This document shows, piece by piece, positions 12,601-25,790 of a stretch of DNA of 64,000 nucleotides (position 1 is its first letter; the number at the start of each line of letters is the position of its first letter). Location: the NCBI GenBank assembly GCA_002245135.1, contig NGBS01000598.1:62001-126000 (forward strand), in the 5' to 3' direction. Origin of the DNA: Proteromonas lacertae (Eukaryota). The notes under the pieces are model-generated. The model was not told the origin of the DNA, made no database searches, and saw only the letters and a list, made by a program, of their open reading frames with translations. The position numbers and the translations under genes were made by a program.

Positions 12601-15226
12601 TAGTCTTTTAATTTATCAGTTTTATCATCTTTCATGTTATAAGTTGAAAATCTTAATCTTTTCGACTTTATTGATATAGCAATTTCTTTTGGTGTGTAAT
12701 CCTTTACTTTTTTTTCTCTATCTTTAATATATATATACATTTCATCCCAATTGTATTTCTTTTTCATTTCCTCTGCTATTTTGTCTTTATATATTCCATA
12801 CTGTCCAAAACCAGTATCACCATGTTCAAGTGGTGAATTTACTATATCATTCTCATATGTAATAAATATAATATTGAATATTGGATTACATCTCTTCAAT
12901 TCAGTGTAAATATTATCCATTACAGTGGGCTTTTTATTTTTATCAACTATTTTATCTATATCATTTAATTCATCTTCAATTGACTATATCAATAATAATA
13001 ATCATATAATATATACTTTTATAATTTCATTCTTCATGGCTTCTTTGTCATTTTTCTTATCATTGTATATCACATCAATCAAATAATCATATAAGTCATG
13101 TAATATACTATCTTCTGAGTTTTTTTCTCTTATTTTATCTATTACTTCTTTGTTCTTCTGTTCAAGAATATCTATTGAATCATCATTACTATCTGTCATA
13201 CTGATAATTTTATAAGAAGATAAATTATAATCATTTTTATAATCAATCTTTTTATTATTATTATTATTATTGTCACCATCATCATGCTTTCTTATTGTTG
13301 GTACATTAATAATTACATTATTAGAAGAAGAATCATCTAAAGATTTATCTACAGTAATTTCTCCATTCTTACCATCATCATTATTACTCATCACATCAAC
13401 ATTTAGTTTTTTTCTTTTATTCTTTGATTCATATCCATCTGTATGTGTATTGCCTAGCTTATCATGGTTTATTTTTGAAATGTTTCTTTTACCTGCTGAC
13501 TTTACAAGTTTTAGTTGTTTATTGAAAATATTTTCTTTATCACCATCAAACACATTTAAAAATACTTCTATTTCGTCTTCATTGTACATATCATATACAT
13601 TCTTTTCATCTCCATTATAATCAATATATGTGTATTCTTTCTTTCTGTTGTGAAGTTCATTAATTAAAAACTATAGAATTATATAATATAAGCATTATAC
13701 ATAACTTTCACACAATGTTTTCTTTACACAATTCATGTTGTTTATCAACTTTTCTTTTAACTCTTTTGGAATATATCCATTACTATAAAGTGCATTTGCT
13801 AGAATCTTTTTATCTTCTATATTCCTCACATTATTGATTATTTTTGTTTTATGTTTGTTATATATCATCTATTAAATATAAATAATATAATAAATACATT
13901 GAGAAATGCAATCACAGTATTCTTAGTTGGATGATTATTTGAAACTGTCATTTGTACTGCAGATACACAGAATTTGTTAATAATACATCCATCAATTGCT
14001 GGAAAATCATTTATCTGACCAAAATCTACATAAATACCATCAACATTTTTTACTTTACCATTCTCTAAACATTTAAATGCTTTACTTGACTTTAGATATT
14101 TGAGGAAATCATTCTTTGGTATATAACTAAACGTATTTTCAGGTAAATAAAGGGATAATCCATTATTTTGTTCAAAAACTTCATTTCTATGTAAATTATC
14201 TTCAATGATCATATGACACAATCTTTCAAACTTCTCTCCTTCTGTATTTTTCAATAGTTTTCTTTCAAAATCATCATATAAATCTCTGTAGAATTTACCA
14301 TCATAAAAATAATGACTTAACATAAATTTTTCTACTTCTGAAGATATAAATCTCAATTTATCAGGTATATCATTAAATTGATTTGAATTATATATAAACA
14401 ATTTTTCTTCATATGAAGGTGGGATATATAATGGTAAATTTTCAGAATAATTAGCTATTTTTTCTATACTTTTCACATAATCTTCTATTTTATCGAAATT
14501 TTCACCTAATCTTAAATTATATCCATAAGTAATTCCTTTTGATAATAATTTGTTTTTTCTTTCGCTATCTATACCATATTCTTTAATTATTGTAATAATT
14601 TCTTTTTCACAGTATGGAGTTATATAAAATTCTATTGGAGCACGTTTATTTGACATGACTTTATATTTATCTGCTTGTAGAGAACTTATCATGATTATTA
14701 CACCAGCATCACTAAAATCATCCTCTCTTATCTGTTCATTGTCGCTTATTATTATTGTATCGGTTTTAAAATCAGGTATACTATTATCTCTTTTAAGAAA
14801 TATATGAGTCTTTGCTAATCTATAATAATGTACATCATTCTCAATGTCTCCAAAAACTACTATGTTATATTTATCAAACTCTGGATCATTGTTCAAACAG
14901 TAGGCTATAAAACAACATAAGGTGGATTTACCAACATATTTGTTACCATACAATAGAAAACATTTTTGAAACTTCTGCAGGGCTGGAGTATATTTATTCT
15001 TCATAATTATCCTTTTCATTTCATTAAATATGTCTACATAACAATCTCTCACCAAAAAAGAGTAATCAAAACCCTTTTCTGACCTATGTTTGAAATAGTA
15101 ACATTCATTTTTTCTCAGCTCAAACCCATCTATATGGTTATATTGTATATTATAATAGAAATTCATTAAAATGAATAATTGTACGTTTTGATTATTTATA
15201 ATATTCAAATGATTTATTATTCTCAA
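9651..15226 (-). CDS. Crinkler/RHS-type protein: P-loop NTPase + PD-(D/E)xK REase + second NTPase + OTU deubiquitinase (one frameshift near 12160)
   Basis: Introns 13897-13869, 13700-13671, 13016-12984, 12292-12260 and 10234-10207 join the ORFs in frame. Motifs: GNKYVGKS; FPAIDG..AVQMTVSNNH; GNPGCGKT, ICDS, TSPD, YGNVPRHI; OTU SDNHCLFHSIS, WGGHTEI, NHYN. Start approximate. Confidence 0.8.
9745..9890. repeat. 75-bp coding tandem duplication (QQPEQPPPATSVTTSTTANNVLQQ x2)
   Basis: Two near-identical copies with period 75. Confidence 0.9.
11209..11328. repeat. 15-bp coding minisatellite x8 (GNEED)
   Basis: ATCTTCTTCATTTCC repeated eight times. Confidence 0.95.
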
Positions 15227-15391
15227 ATCGCAAGCTTGTTCAAAAATGTTTGTTTAGTTATTTATAAAGAATATAATAACATCTGGATATTTGAAAAGGA
15301 ATTTGTTGTTCGGTTAATATATTACAAACATAATTAAATAATAATAAAAAGAAAGTATTTATGATATTATATATATATATTTATTTATTTA

Positions 15392-16351
15392 TTACACATT
15401 CTCATCACCACTATCTTTTGATCTACTTTTTCGATGATTTGGATTTCCACTTGCTGCACTTGGAACTTCATTGCATGTATCAAACTTTATATTATCAACA
15501 ATATCTTTACTATTTGGTCTTTCTGCTGCTGGTTTTATTTTGAACATTTTACCTGGCTGAGAAGCAGGTTTTATTGAGAATTTCGGTGATTTTTCTTTCT
15601 TTGAAATAGTAGTATTTTCTATCTTCTTTATTAATCCAGCTTCTTCCATTTGTTCTTTAATTTTCTTTACTTCTATTTCACTACAAATTATTGGTTTATT
15701 CCATATTTCAAATCTATATAAAGGATTCTTATTCAATATAAAATCACTTTCTTGTTGTGGCAAAACCATTGTTCCTTCCACAATAAACTGACTATTATAA
15801 GCAGAAAATGAATTCTCCACTATATCACTTAATAATTCTTTACTTTCCTCTAAATTATTTATATCACATTTCATATTCATTTTCTCTTCAGCAACTTTAG
15901 TATTTAACACAATTATTCTCATTCTATCATAACATAGAGATAATAATTGTTTAATATCACTATTAGTGGTTAATTCAATAGCTAATTGATGTTTAAAATT
16001 CCTTTTCATTATATCTATACTACCACATAAGTAAGTTTTATTATTACAAATTGTATCTAATAATAGACAAACAATATTCCAATTATTATTTCTACAAGCA
16101 ATATGAAGTAACGTATTCCCATCTTTATCAGTTTGATTTATATCACATCCTTTTAATAGTATATATTCTAATCCACGATAATTATTAGTATTGATATATT
16201 CAATTGCGACAGATGTATAACCGCCACTACCATTTGTTGTATTTATATTACCATTGAACAATTGTAAGACTTTCATTGCTAATTCTTGTTGCTTTTCTGT
16301 AGGTGCACTGAAGAATAATTCATCTAATTTTCGTATCTTTTTATCATGCTT

Positions 16352-16390
<39 letters not shown>

Positions 16391-17537
16391 TTTTCTCGAT
16401 CTTTTAACACCTTTAATTTCATCACTATCAATATATTTAATAAATAAATGATCTCGTTTAATTGTAGTGTTGAAAGTGTGATGGGGCGTTTCATCAGTAA
16501 TTACATTGTCATAAACTAAAACTTCTTTTTCAGATTCTTTAGAAATTGGATAACCCGATTTTGTTAGGAAATTATATTCTCCATCCAATGAAATAGTCAC
16601 CTTTTTTGTAATATATTCACGAATATAAGATAATCTATCATTTGATCGATCAATCTATTTAATAATAATACCAATTATTATTATATATATATACTGGTAT
16701 TACTGCAAAAGGTGATTTATTATGTTCTACATTAATATGAACATAATCTCTTCTACATACAGTACTAGATACTGGACTAATAGGAGGAGGAGAAGAAGAA
16801 GCTGTAATTGATGAATTGATATTTGTTTGAGATGATAAAGGAGATACTGATGGTAAAATAACTGTATTTGATGTGTTGCTATTTCTTTCCAATAATTCTT
16901 TGAGAGAGTTGTTTTTATCTAAATCGTTGAGTAATGAATTACTACTCATGTCATTGCTTGAATATGGCTCGAAGGATGAACCTATAGTGTTGTTGGTTGG
17001 ATCTTTTATGTCATCATCGACTAAATTATCAAGTTCGTAGATTTGTTCATCGTTTAATTGAGAGAATGATTTTGAAAATGTGATAGGAGGTAGTGAATTC
17101 TTGTCACTTGTCTATATATGGTAATTAATATCAATAAATACATCAAAAACAAGGGAAGGGAATGATAATTGAGTGACTGGAGGTAGTGGAGTTGACATAA
17201 ACTGTGAACTATCAGGTAAAGTAAATGTAGAAGGAAATCCTTGTAATGAAGCTACTGAGTTAAATATAGTCTCTCTCTTTTTTCTATTAATAAAAATAAA
17301 TTCAAATTCATACTGCTCCAATTTCCTTCTTTCGCAATTGTTACATACTAACCTTTTATTATACTTAGCTCTTGGACAAGGTTCACCCTATTGTAATATA
17401 TTAATATATAATCATGATACTGGTTTGTGATCACAGTCAATATAGCCAGGACAACGACAGTGGTTACATTGCGCTGAATTGCATTGTAAACACCTCTTTT
17501 TAGAGGAAACTAATAAAAAATATTGATAACAATTCAT
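15392..17537 (-). CDS. Cys-rich N-terminal domain plus ankyrin-repeat protein, multi-exon
   Basis: N-terminal CLQCNSAQCNHCRCPGYIDCDH..CPRAK..CNNC; ankyrin GCDINQTDKDGNTLLHIACRNNNWNIVCLLL. Start approximate. Confidence 0.65.
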
Positions 17538-18279
17538 GGAATACATGAAATAACAGGATTATTAGATAGACTAATCATTAAAAAAATATCGAAACAATGT
17601 CATTTTGTCAATTTGACAATCATAATGTTTTTTTGTATATTGTCAAGACAAAATGATTCATATTTATGTAAACTTAATAGAACTAAAACATGGAGTGTAT
17701 AGATTAGAATATTATGGTTTATAAGGGTAAGATGCCTGTAATTATTGATTTGGTCAATTTAGTATTATTGAGATACAAAAAGGTGATAAAATAGTTATAT
17801 ATATTTAGTTAAAATAATGTTGATAGTTTAGTAGTAAAATTGGAAGGTTTGACTTGATATTCATAAATACTGTGTATAAAACCTTTAAAGTATTATATAT
17901 CAAATATATTAACTTGTTAATTAATTTGAATGAATATTTATTGATATTTCGATATATTAAATTGAAATTTATAATGAATCAGATTAATTTACATTTCCTT
18001 CTTAATTCTTTTATAAGCACATATTAAAAGTATATACTAGCAAATTCGTAAGAAGAGGATTAAAAATTCAATTATATTTTTTTGACAAGTGTAGATATAT
18101 ATTATTCATCTCAAGATAATTAAAATTATGAGTGTGTCACATGTTATATACAATATCTTTAAAAAATAACTTATAGAAATTTCTAGAAATTTCTCAAGCC
18201 AAATAATATTCTTGACATTTCTACTGTTTTAACAAAAATACATTCAGTTAAGAAGCTATATATATACTGCAAATTATTC

Positions 18280-19777
18280 TTATGTTATGCGATACAATAT
18301 TTTGTGGTTTTTGAAGACTTTTAAGCATCTTTCACAAACACCACAATTCTTTAGCTTTTTCTCATCATTGTATATCAGCGACAGGAATCTTTTCAGTTCA
18401 GCAATGAAATAATATCTTCCGCAGTTGTAATCGTATTTTAAGTATAACAGGAATATGTAATTATTTTTGCTAGAAACTACATTTTGACCTTTTCTAAGTA
18501 TAACAATACCACCATCTCTCTTCAATCCAAATATTGTGATGTTAAGTCCATTATCTACTTCAACCTTTTCAATTGTTACATCATCCAATGGATTTATTGG
18601 GTTTTGAGAGATATTAAAAATAATTCCACATTTATAGTAATCTAAAAACTTTGCCGATGTTTGTTCCTTATAATTGTTCTTTTCACAATGGTGATACTTT
18701 ATGCAATTATGGAAACTGTTATTGCAACTAAATTCTATATCCCTGTTGTGCGCCGTTTGTCATAGTTGGCCGTTTGTCTACCAGACACTTTTAAAACAAA
18801 CTAAATGTATATTCTTACTTGTCTTGATGAAAAATTGTTACTTTTATACTTACTTTGTTATATGACCTACCTCTGCAATATACTTTTTTGTTATTATAAA
18901 TAGTTAGAATATATGCGCCGTTTGTTTTTTAGAATTTTTTGAAACAAACTAAATGCATATTTAGCTAATATAGACTAAAATACATTAGCTTAAATGATTA
19001 GAATGTAAGAATTATTAAATCTTTCTATATAAAAAAAGAAATGTAAAAAATAGGCTTGAGTGAGGCTTGATTCAATATTTTCTTTTTTCATTTTAAATGT
19101 CTTATGATGAACATTAAGTTGTTCTAATCATTTCATCTAATGTATTTTAGTCTATATTAGCTAAATATGCATTTAGTTTGATTCAAAAAATTCTAAAAAA
19201 CAAACGGCGCATATATTCTAACTATTTATAATAACAAAAAAGTATATTGCGGAGGTAGGTCATATAACAAAGTAAGTATAAAAGTAACAATTTTTCATCA
19301 AGACAAGTAAGAATATACATTTAGTTTGTTTTAAAAGTGTCTGGTAGACAAACGGCCAACTATGACAAACGGCGCACAACAATCCCTAATACATGTAGCA
19401 TTAAACAATTTTACTGGTCTTTGATAATCCATTGTTTCATATAATCCACTGTTCTTTGGTTTATATGATGAGCTGATTTTCCTTGATATTGTGATCTCTA
19501 TATCTTCATAAGAATAATAACACATAACAAAGTCTGATGGATTATACAACTCATACTTCATTCTTTTATTACTGACATCCGATTGATAAAAATAGTTTCT
19601 TTCATACGACCTAAAATAAGGTTCAGTATCATCAAAATAACCAGAATAAGGTAATTCCCCTTCTATCAAATCATATGCAGGATTAATAAATTCTAAATTA
19701 CCTAAAATTAAAATAAATACCATAACGAGGATGATAATAGTCCAAAAACGGAGATAAACTATTAATAATATTATCAA
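18280..19777 (-). pseudogene. Polinton/Maverick-type protein-primed DNA polymerase B N-terminal-like remnant, interrupted by a foldback element
   Basis: Removing 18744-19381 plus one TSD fuses ORFs 19777 and 18588 in frame: YQRPVKLFNATCIRDIEFSCNNSFHNCI..NPINPLDDVTIEKVEVDNGLNITIFGL..IFLLYL..RYYFIAELKRFLS..CERCLKVF. Confidence 0.55.
18744..19381. mobile_element. Non-autonomous foldback/MITE with TGT..ACA ends, ~245-260 bp TIRs and 5-bp TSD ATCCC
   Basis: 18744-18988 is the near-perfect reverse complement of 19137-19381; ATCCC at 18739-18743 and 19382-19386. Confidence 0.92.
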
Positions 19778-20300
19778 TATCGATATTCATTCAGAAAAAT
19801 AGAAGAAAACGATATTTGTAACGAAGGTTTGTCAAACATCCAATAGAATTAATGTAAAAAATTATTGTATGATATACTTAAAACGTGATAGAAATAGAAT
19901 GCAAAATATCCAATAGATTATCAAACTGTCAATTAAGCAAATAGTCTTTGTTTTTATAGGTTAGAAAATAATTTGTAGATTAATCAAATTAAAAATGATG
20001 TTGTAGAAGTTAATGAAAAGTGAAGATTAATAAAATTGAAGAAACAGAAGGTAATTATGTTTGTTCAAAATTGCTGATGATTGTTATGATATCTAGAATA
20101 AATTATTGTAAATGAAGATAAAAGAAGAAAGTATTGGTGTGGATTGTGAAAAAAATGGTGATTTATGAAATTTAGAGATATAAAACTATTTTATATTGTT
20201 AATTATTAATATTATTCTCTACGAATGATATTTTGTTGAAATTATGTAAAAATTCTAAAATAATAAATGAAACGAATAAATATTTATAAACTATCAAAAA

Positions 20301-22022
20301 ATGTATTTCTTAGATTCTATATTTGAAGCAATTCTGTCGATACTATTATCATGTTTCACACAAGTATATTTATATATGTTATTCTGTATTTATTTAGAGA
20401 AGAAAAAGAATTAAAACCATAAATTTAGCAGAATTAAAAGAGAAGAAGTTATTAAAATTTGTTGAGAATAACTGTTTATTATCAGAATGTTGTTTATCTT
20501 TCATTTATCCTTTTAAAATATTAGAGTTGGATGTATATAATAAAGAAATGATATTGGAGAGAGATTATTATTTAAAAGATTTGGAAGAGATTATTCACAG
20601 TAAAGAATTATCAAAAAGTAAAATTTGTAGTATAATATGTTCACTATGTAACATTGTAATGATATTGAATGAATATGATGTAACAGTTGGTAATTTGAAA
20701 AGTAGTAATATAATATATGAATATGATGGTGAATTAAAGTTATGTGATTTATGTTTGAATGTATTGAGAAAAGAAGAAGAGATGAGAGTTTATGACATAT
20801 GTTTTAAAAGCCCAGAAGAATTGAATGGATATGAATGTGATGATCGAAGTGTGATTTGGTCAATTGGATGTATATTATATGAAATGATGTTTAAGAAATT
20901 ACCATTTAATGAAGATGATAATATGAATAAAACAAAAGAGAATATTATGAGATGTAAATACATTTTAGATGTAGAATGTGATATTTCAATGAAAGAAATA
21001 ATAAAAAGAATGCTGAAAGTGAAGAATAAAGATCGATTTAGTTTAAAAGAGCTAAAAAAGGAGATGATAAAAGTAAGTGAAATAATGAGAGATACTGAGA
21101 ATGGAATAATGATGTGTAAAGAAAGAAAAGAAATAAATTTCAATAATGATTATCTAATAGAAATATCACCATATATTGAGAATCAAACAGAATATTATCT
21201 TAAAACTAATATATGGGAATATTTAATAGAAATGTATAATAATAAAGCAGATGAAAGAATATTAGCAGTATTATTTAAACGATTTTCTAATATTTATATA
21301 ACTGCGCTTGCTCTAAGGTTTCAAATTCCTCACCAATGTAAATATTGGAATTTACATAAGTGTTATTTAGATAGGATGCTGTTTAATATTTGTTATAGAA
21401 AAGGTAGTATGTTAATTATGGAACGAAATACATGTATACTAGAATATGGATGGCGCGGAGATTGTTTTTGTTGTTGTAAAGAAGGAATGGATTATTTTTT
21501 CAGAGTAGTTAAGCTAATCAATCCAACAAAACTCATATTTTGTATAGTAGTAATATATGTTTTTGTTTAGGTGGAAGTAGAATTCCGATTGAAAGTCAGT
21601 CATTATTTGGATCATTGTTTTCTAAATTATCATATCTAGAAGAATTAAAATTATATAAATATAATTTAACTTCAAAATTCATTGAATCATTTGTTAAATC
21701 AATTCGAAATATGAAATTGAGATATGTAAATCTTCATTGTATTTATTATTATATTGTAAATAATTTTGAAATAGATAATCCAATTGGTTTAGATGGATTG
21801 AAATTGTTACTACCACATTTGCATTTATTAATCAACAAAGATAATGAATTAGATGTTTGTGGAATGAGTCTGAATGATGAATCGATGATGTTATTATCTT
21901 CAGAAATATATAAACATCAAAATCTTAAGAAAATATTCATTGCAGATAACAATGAAATTACCTCAGAAACATTAAAATCCTTGCCTCCGATATTCACCTA
22001 CACCTTTAAATCTAGAAATTAA
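20301..22022 (+). CDS. Pseudokinase plus LRR protein (same architecture as 6149-9365)
   Basis: TVGNLKSSNII, LCDLCL, FKSPEE and IWSIGCILYEM, then LRR-like LEELKLYKYNL and LKKIFIADN; short introns. Confidence 0.75.
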
Positions 22023-22351
22023 TTCACTTTTATTATGTAATGTTAATATATTTGAATTTGAATTATTCTTGATTAATACAACAAAAATTTAATATGATAT
22101 TCACCAACAAATGAAAAATTCTAATGTAATTTAGCTTGAACTTCTGTTTGACTTATTCATATTTTCTTTTTTAATTTTCTATCGAACAAATTAACAAAAT
22201 GATTTATTTATTAGAAAATGTGATAATAATATTGTTAAAAAGTAGAGATGAAACAGGTAAAGTTAAGAAAACCTCCTTTTTAATGATGTTGTTGTAATCT
22301 GTGTGTTCATGCAATATGGATATCTAAGATGAAAATCTTACAATTGACTGT

Positions 22352-23391
22352 ATAATTCCAGCTGATCCAGCTACACCTCAATCACAAGAACAAATAATCC
22401 ATCAAGCTGGTGGAGTATGGTATCCAGATAGTGCATTTAAAACAGCAACAGCTATTAATGATTTTAATGGTGAGAATTTACCATTATTTATATTTGCGAA
22501 TTGGCGAGGTTTTAGTGGTGGTGCTCATGATATGTTTGAAGAAATCTTGAAATATGGTTCTCAAATAGTTGATGCTCTTGTTTATTATAAATATGGTTCT
22601 CAAATAGTGAATTAAGAGGTGGAGCTTGGGTGGTATTAGATTCAACAATTAACAGTGATATGATTGAAATGTATGCTGATATATCGTCAAGAGGTGGAGT
22701 ATTAGAACCAGCTGGTACAACTGAGATTAAATATCGTATTGGTGATATATTGAAAACAGCTCATCGTTTAGATAAAACTTTACAAGAATATGATTTAGAA
22801 TTACTTAATAATACAGAATTGAAAGAAGAAGAAAAGAAAGTGATATTAGAAAAGATAAAAAGTCGTGAAGAGCTATTATTAACTACTTATCGACATATCG
22901 CAGAATCATTTGCTGATTTACATGATACTCCAGGTAGAATGTGTGAGAAAGGAGTAATAAAATCAGTAGTTGATTGGAAAAATGCTCGAAAATATTTCTA
23001 TCATCATTTGATAAGAAGATTAAGTGAATTTGAATTGAGAAAGAAAATAATGAAAGCTGATCCTTCAATTAATTTCACTGAAACAGGTCGAATATTATAT
23101 GTATGGTTTGAATCAATTCATAATAATTCAGGAGATGATGCTTCAGTGATGTGGAAGAATGATGAATTTGTATATAATTGGTTTAATGAAAAAGAAGGAG
23201 CAATAAATAGTCGTATTAATGGTATTAGAAAGAAGTTTATAACGAAGAATGTAGAATCCAATGCTAGTGAAGACACTAAAACATCAATTGATAGTCTTTT
23301 TAATGTTGTTAATCATTTAAATAAGAATGCAATGGAAGTTAGTATTGTTAATATAAGAAATGCTTTAAGAAAGAAATTTACATTTCAATAA
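22352..23391 (+). pseudogene. ACC1: Acetyl-CoA carboxylase carboxyltransferase C-terminal fragment
   Basis: [48 protein letters not shown]; no upstream ACC domains; frameshift at 22589-22608. Confidence 0.9.
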
Positions 23392-23739
23392 TTAAAATTA
23401 TTATTATTATTATTTCCTGATTTTCATTTTTTTGTTATTAAACTTATTTTTTTTTTAAATTAATTCAAAAAACAAATAAAAATGTTTAAGTGAAGATTTA
23501 TTAATAAAATGAAAGTAATAAATGAAAAAAAAATCATTATTTCTATCTTTCTACTATTTCATTTTTTATTTAACTGTAGATTATCACACTTATATTTCAC
23601 ATTACATTACCATATTCTTTTACAAATTTTAACATAAGATACTCATTCTGGAATAATCTATTATATTTCTTGTAGATATAATAATAATTGACACTTTCGA
23701 ATGAAGTATTTCTTATTATTTTTCTATATCCACATATCT

Positions 23740-24249
23740 TACATCATCATCTAAATAATACAAACATATGCATTCAAATAAACTCACTTTATCTAACACA
23801 AATTCACAATTTCTACAAATCATCATATTTATAAACCAATCACATCATTTTTAAATTTATACTATTTTCTACATCTCTATAACACCATCAGGTTGTTCCA
23901 CTCTGAAAAGGATTTGAAATCTGTTTCTTTCTTCATTTATTTTGTCCATATTAATAAAATTAACACCATACTTAAGTAATATATGTTAATATTCACCATA
24001 ATACATCATTTACACATTAATTTCACAAAAATATTTTTTATATTTATAAATATTTAGCCGTTTCTTTCATCATTTTTCATTTTTTCTCTTTAAATCATCA
24101 TTAAGCATAGATAATAATATAATAACATGAATAGATTGATATATATTATATTTTCTTTTAATATAACATTATTAGCATGATATCAGTTGTTTATAAGAAA
24201 TTATAAAAGAGAGAGAGTGATATATAAGAAAAAGAGTGAAAAATTAATC
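23740..24249. repeat. 5S upstream flank, dispersed repeat (inverted copy at ~33348-33860)
   Basis: Clear reverse-complement similarity, for example AAATATTTAGCCGTTTCTTTCATCATTTT. Confidence 0.8.
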
Positions 24250-24367
24250 AGAATCGTTCATATCTACAATAAAGCACCACATCCCATCAGAACTGTGAAG
24301 TTAAGATTGTACGAGCTATGATAGTAGTACAGTGGGGGACTCTGTGCGAAGTCATAGTAACGATTCT
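24250..24367 (+). rRNA. 5S rRNA
   Basis: Terminal helix AGAATCGTT..AACGATTCT, conserved core ATCCCATCAGAACT..GAAGTTAAG and AGTAGTAC..TGGGGGAC..GAAGTC, followed by a T-run (Pol III terminator). Confidence 0.9.
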
Positions 24368-24633
24368 TTTTATTCTTTTTGCTTATTTCTTTTTTCTTTC
24401 CTTTTATTATGATGTAGAACAGGTATAGAAACAATAAAATAAGACAAACAAATAGAATCAAACTCAATCGAAAATTAAATTGTGTAGATTCATTATAAAG
24501 AAGATTAGAATCAATTCATAGAAAGATTTATCTTAATTTTGCTCTTATGATTAATATTAAACCTAATTCAACACACATAATTTCTCTAAATGGCAAATTT
24601 ATAGCCAGATAGTCCAATAATCAAACAACTTTT

Positions 24634-25790
24634 AATCAGTTGCTTTTAATGAAGATCTTTCTTGGCGAGATGTCTTTACAACAAGTTCTCTTCTGTTGAT
24701 TATTGCATAACCAACTAAACCAATTATAATCAAAGTACCAATAACTACACCAAAAGAAATGCCAATTGCTTCTCCAGTCTTACTAGCAGCTGATCTAGTT
24801 TGCAGTTATTCATAAATATCAGTTTGTCTGACAATAACAGAGGAATAAGCTATATCAGGTGAAGAAGAATGTAAATCATTTTCAAAGGCATCAGATTTTA
24901 AGATATTAGATGTAATTGAGATTATTGTATTTCAATAATTCTTTGGAGCTGTAATAAATGCAACTGTTCTTACTAAATTTGATGTCATATCCATATTATC
25001 TTTATCTCAATCTAATCTCACATTCGTTCTATCAACATCAAATGAAACTGCACTTCTTAAATGAGTTATTAATAGATTTATAATTATCACAAATGCTTGA
25101 GGATTTACTGCTTGACCAGATACACCAGTTGTATAATCGATTTCTATCTTGGCGATTATTCTTCCATTTACTAATGGAGGATCTTCTACATATTCTTTAC
25201 AATCTGTATCATCTACAGATTGCCATTGTGGATTTAAGTAATTATCACCTCTACATTGTCTTTCAAGAACACCTGTTTTCCATCTTTACATAATATATAA
25301 GCAGAAGTTGCTGGCCATTCACCATTAGCTGGACATGTATTGGAAATGGTTTGAAGATAAACATTTGTATAATAAATCATTAAGATTTCTTTATAATGTT
25401 TCTTTCATTAATTCGGATGGTCTTCCACTGAATTTACCTTCACTGAATGTTATACCAGCTGGTAAAGTAGGATAATCAGGTAAAATTCATTCTAATACAT
25501 TATATTTAATATTTGGTGTTAAATCTTCTTCTCCCCAAACTGGTTTAGAATCTAATACTGTACATGTTCTATAGGAATAACCCATATAACCTTCACTACA
25601 AGCTATTTGACCTCTTTTACCTACATTCGTTGCTGAATAACCATTATCTACACTACATGTTGATGCAATTACTTCCAATTGGATTGTATATGTCTTTGTT
25701 GTTTGATCTCTTGCAACTATACCAGTTATTGTGTAAGTCATTAATTTTCTTGTTACTGAAGGAGTTCCTGTTATTGTACCAATCTTATTT
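24634..25790 (-). pseudogene. Ig-like/Cys-rich type I membrane surface-protein remnant
   Basis: TITGTPS Ig-like segment, CSVDNG..C..GY.G..YRTC..W repeats, C-terminal TM GISFGVVIGTLIIIGLVGYAII; stops and frameshifts. Confidence 0.7.

Noticed and set aside
24264..24467. 67-aa ORF
   Set aside because: Antisense to the 5S rRNA gene.
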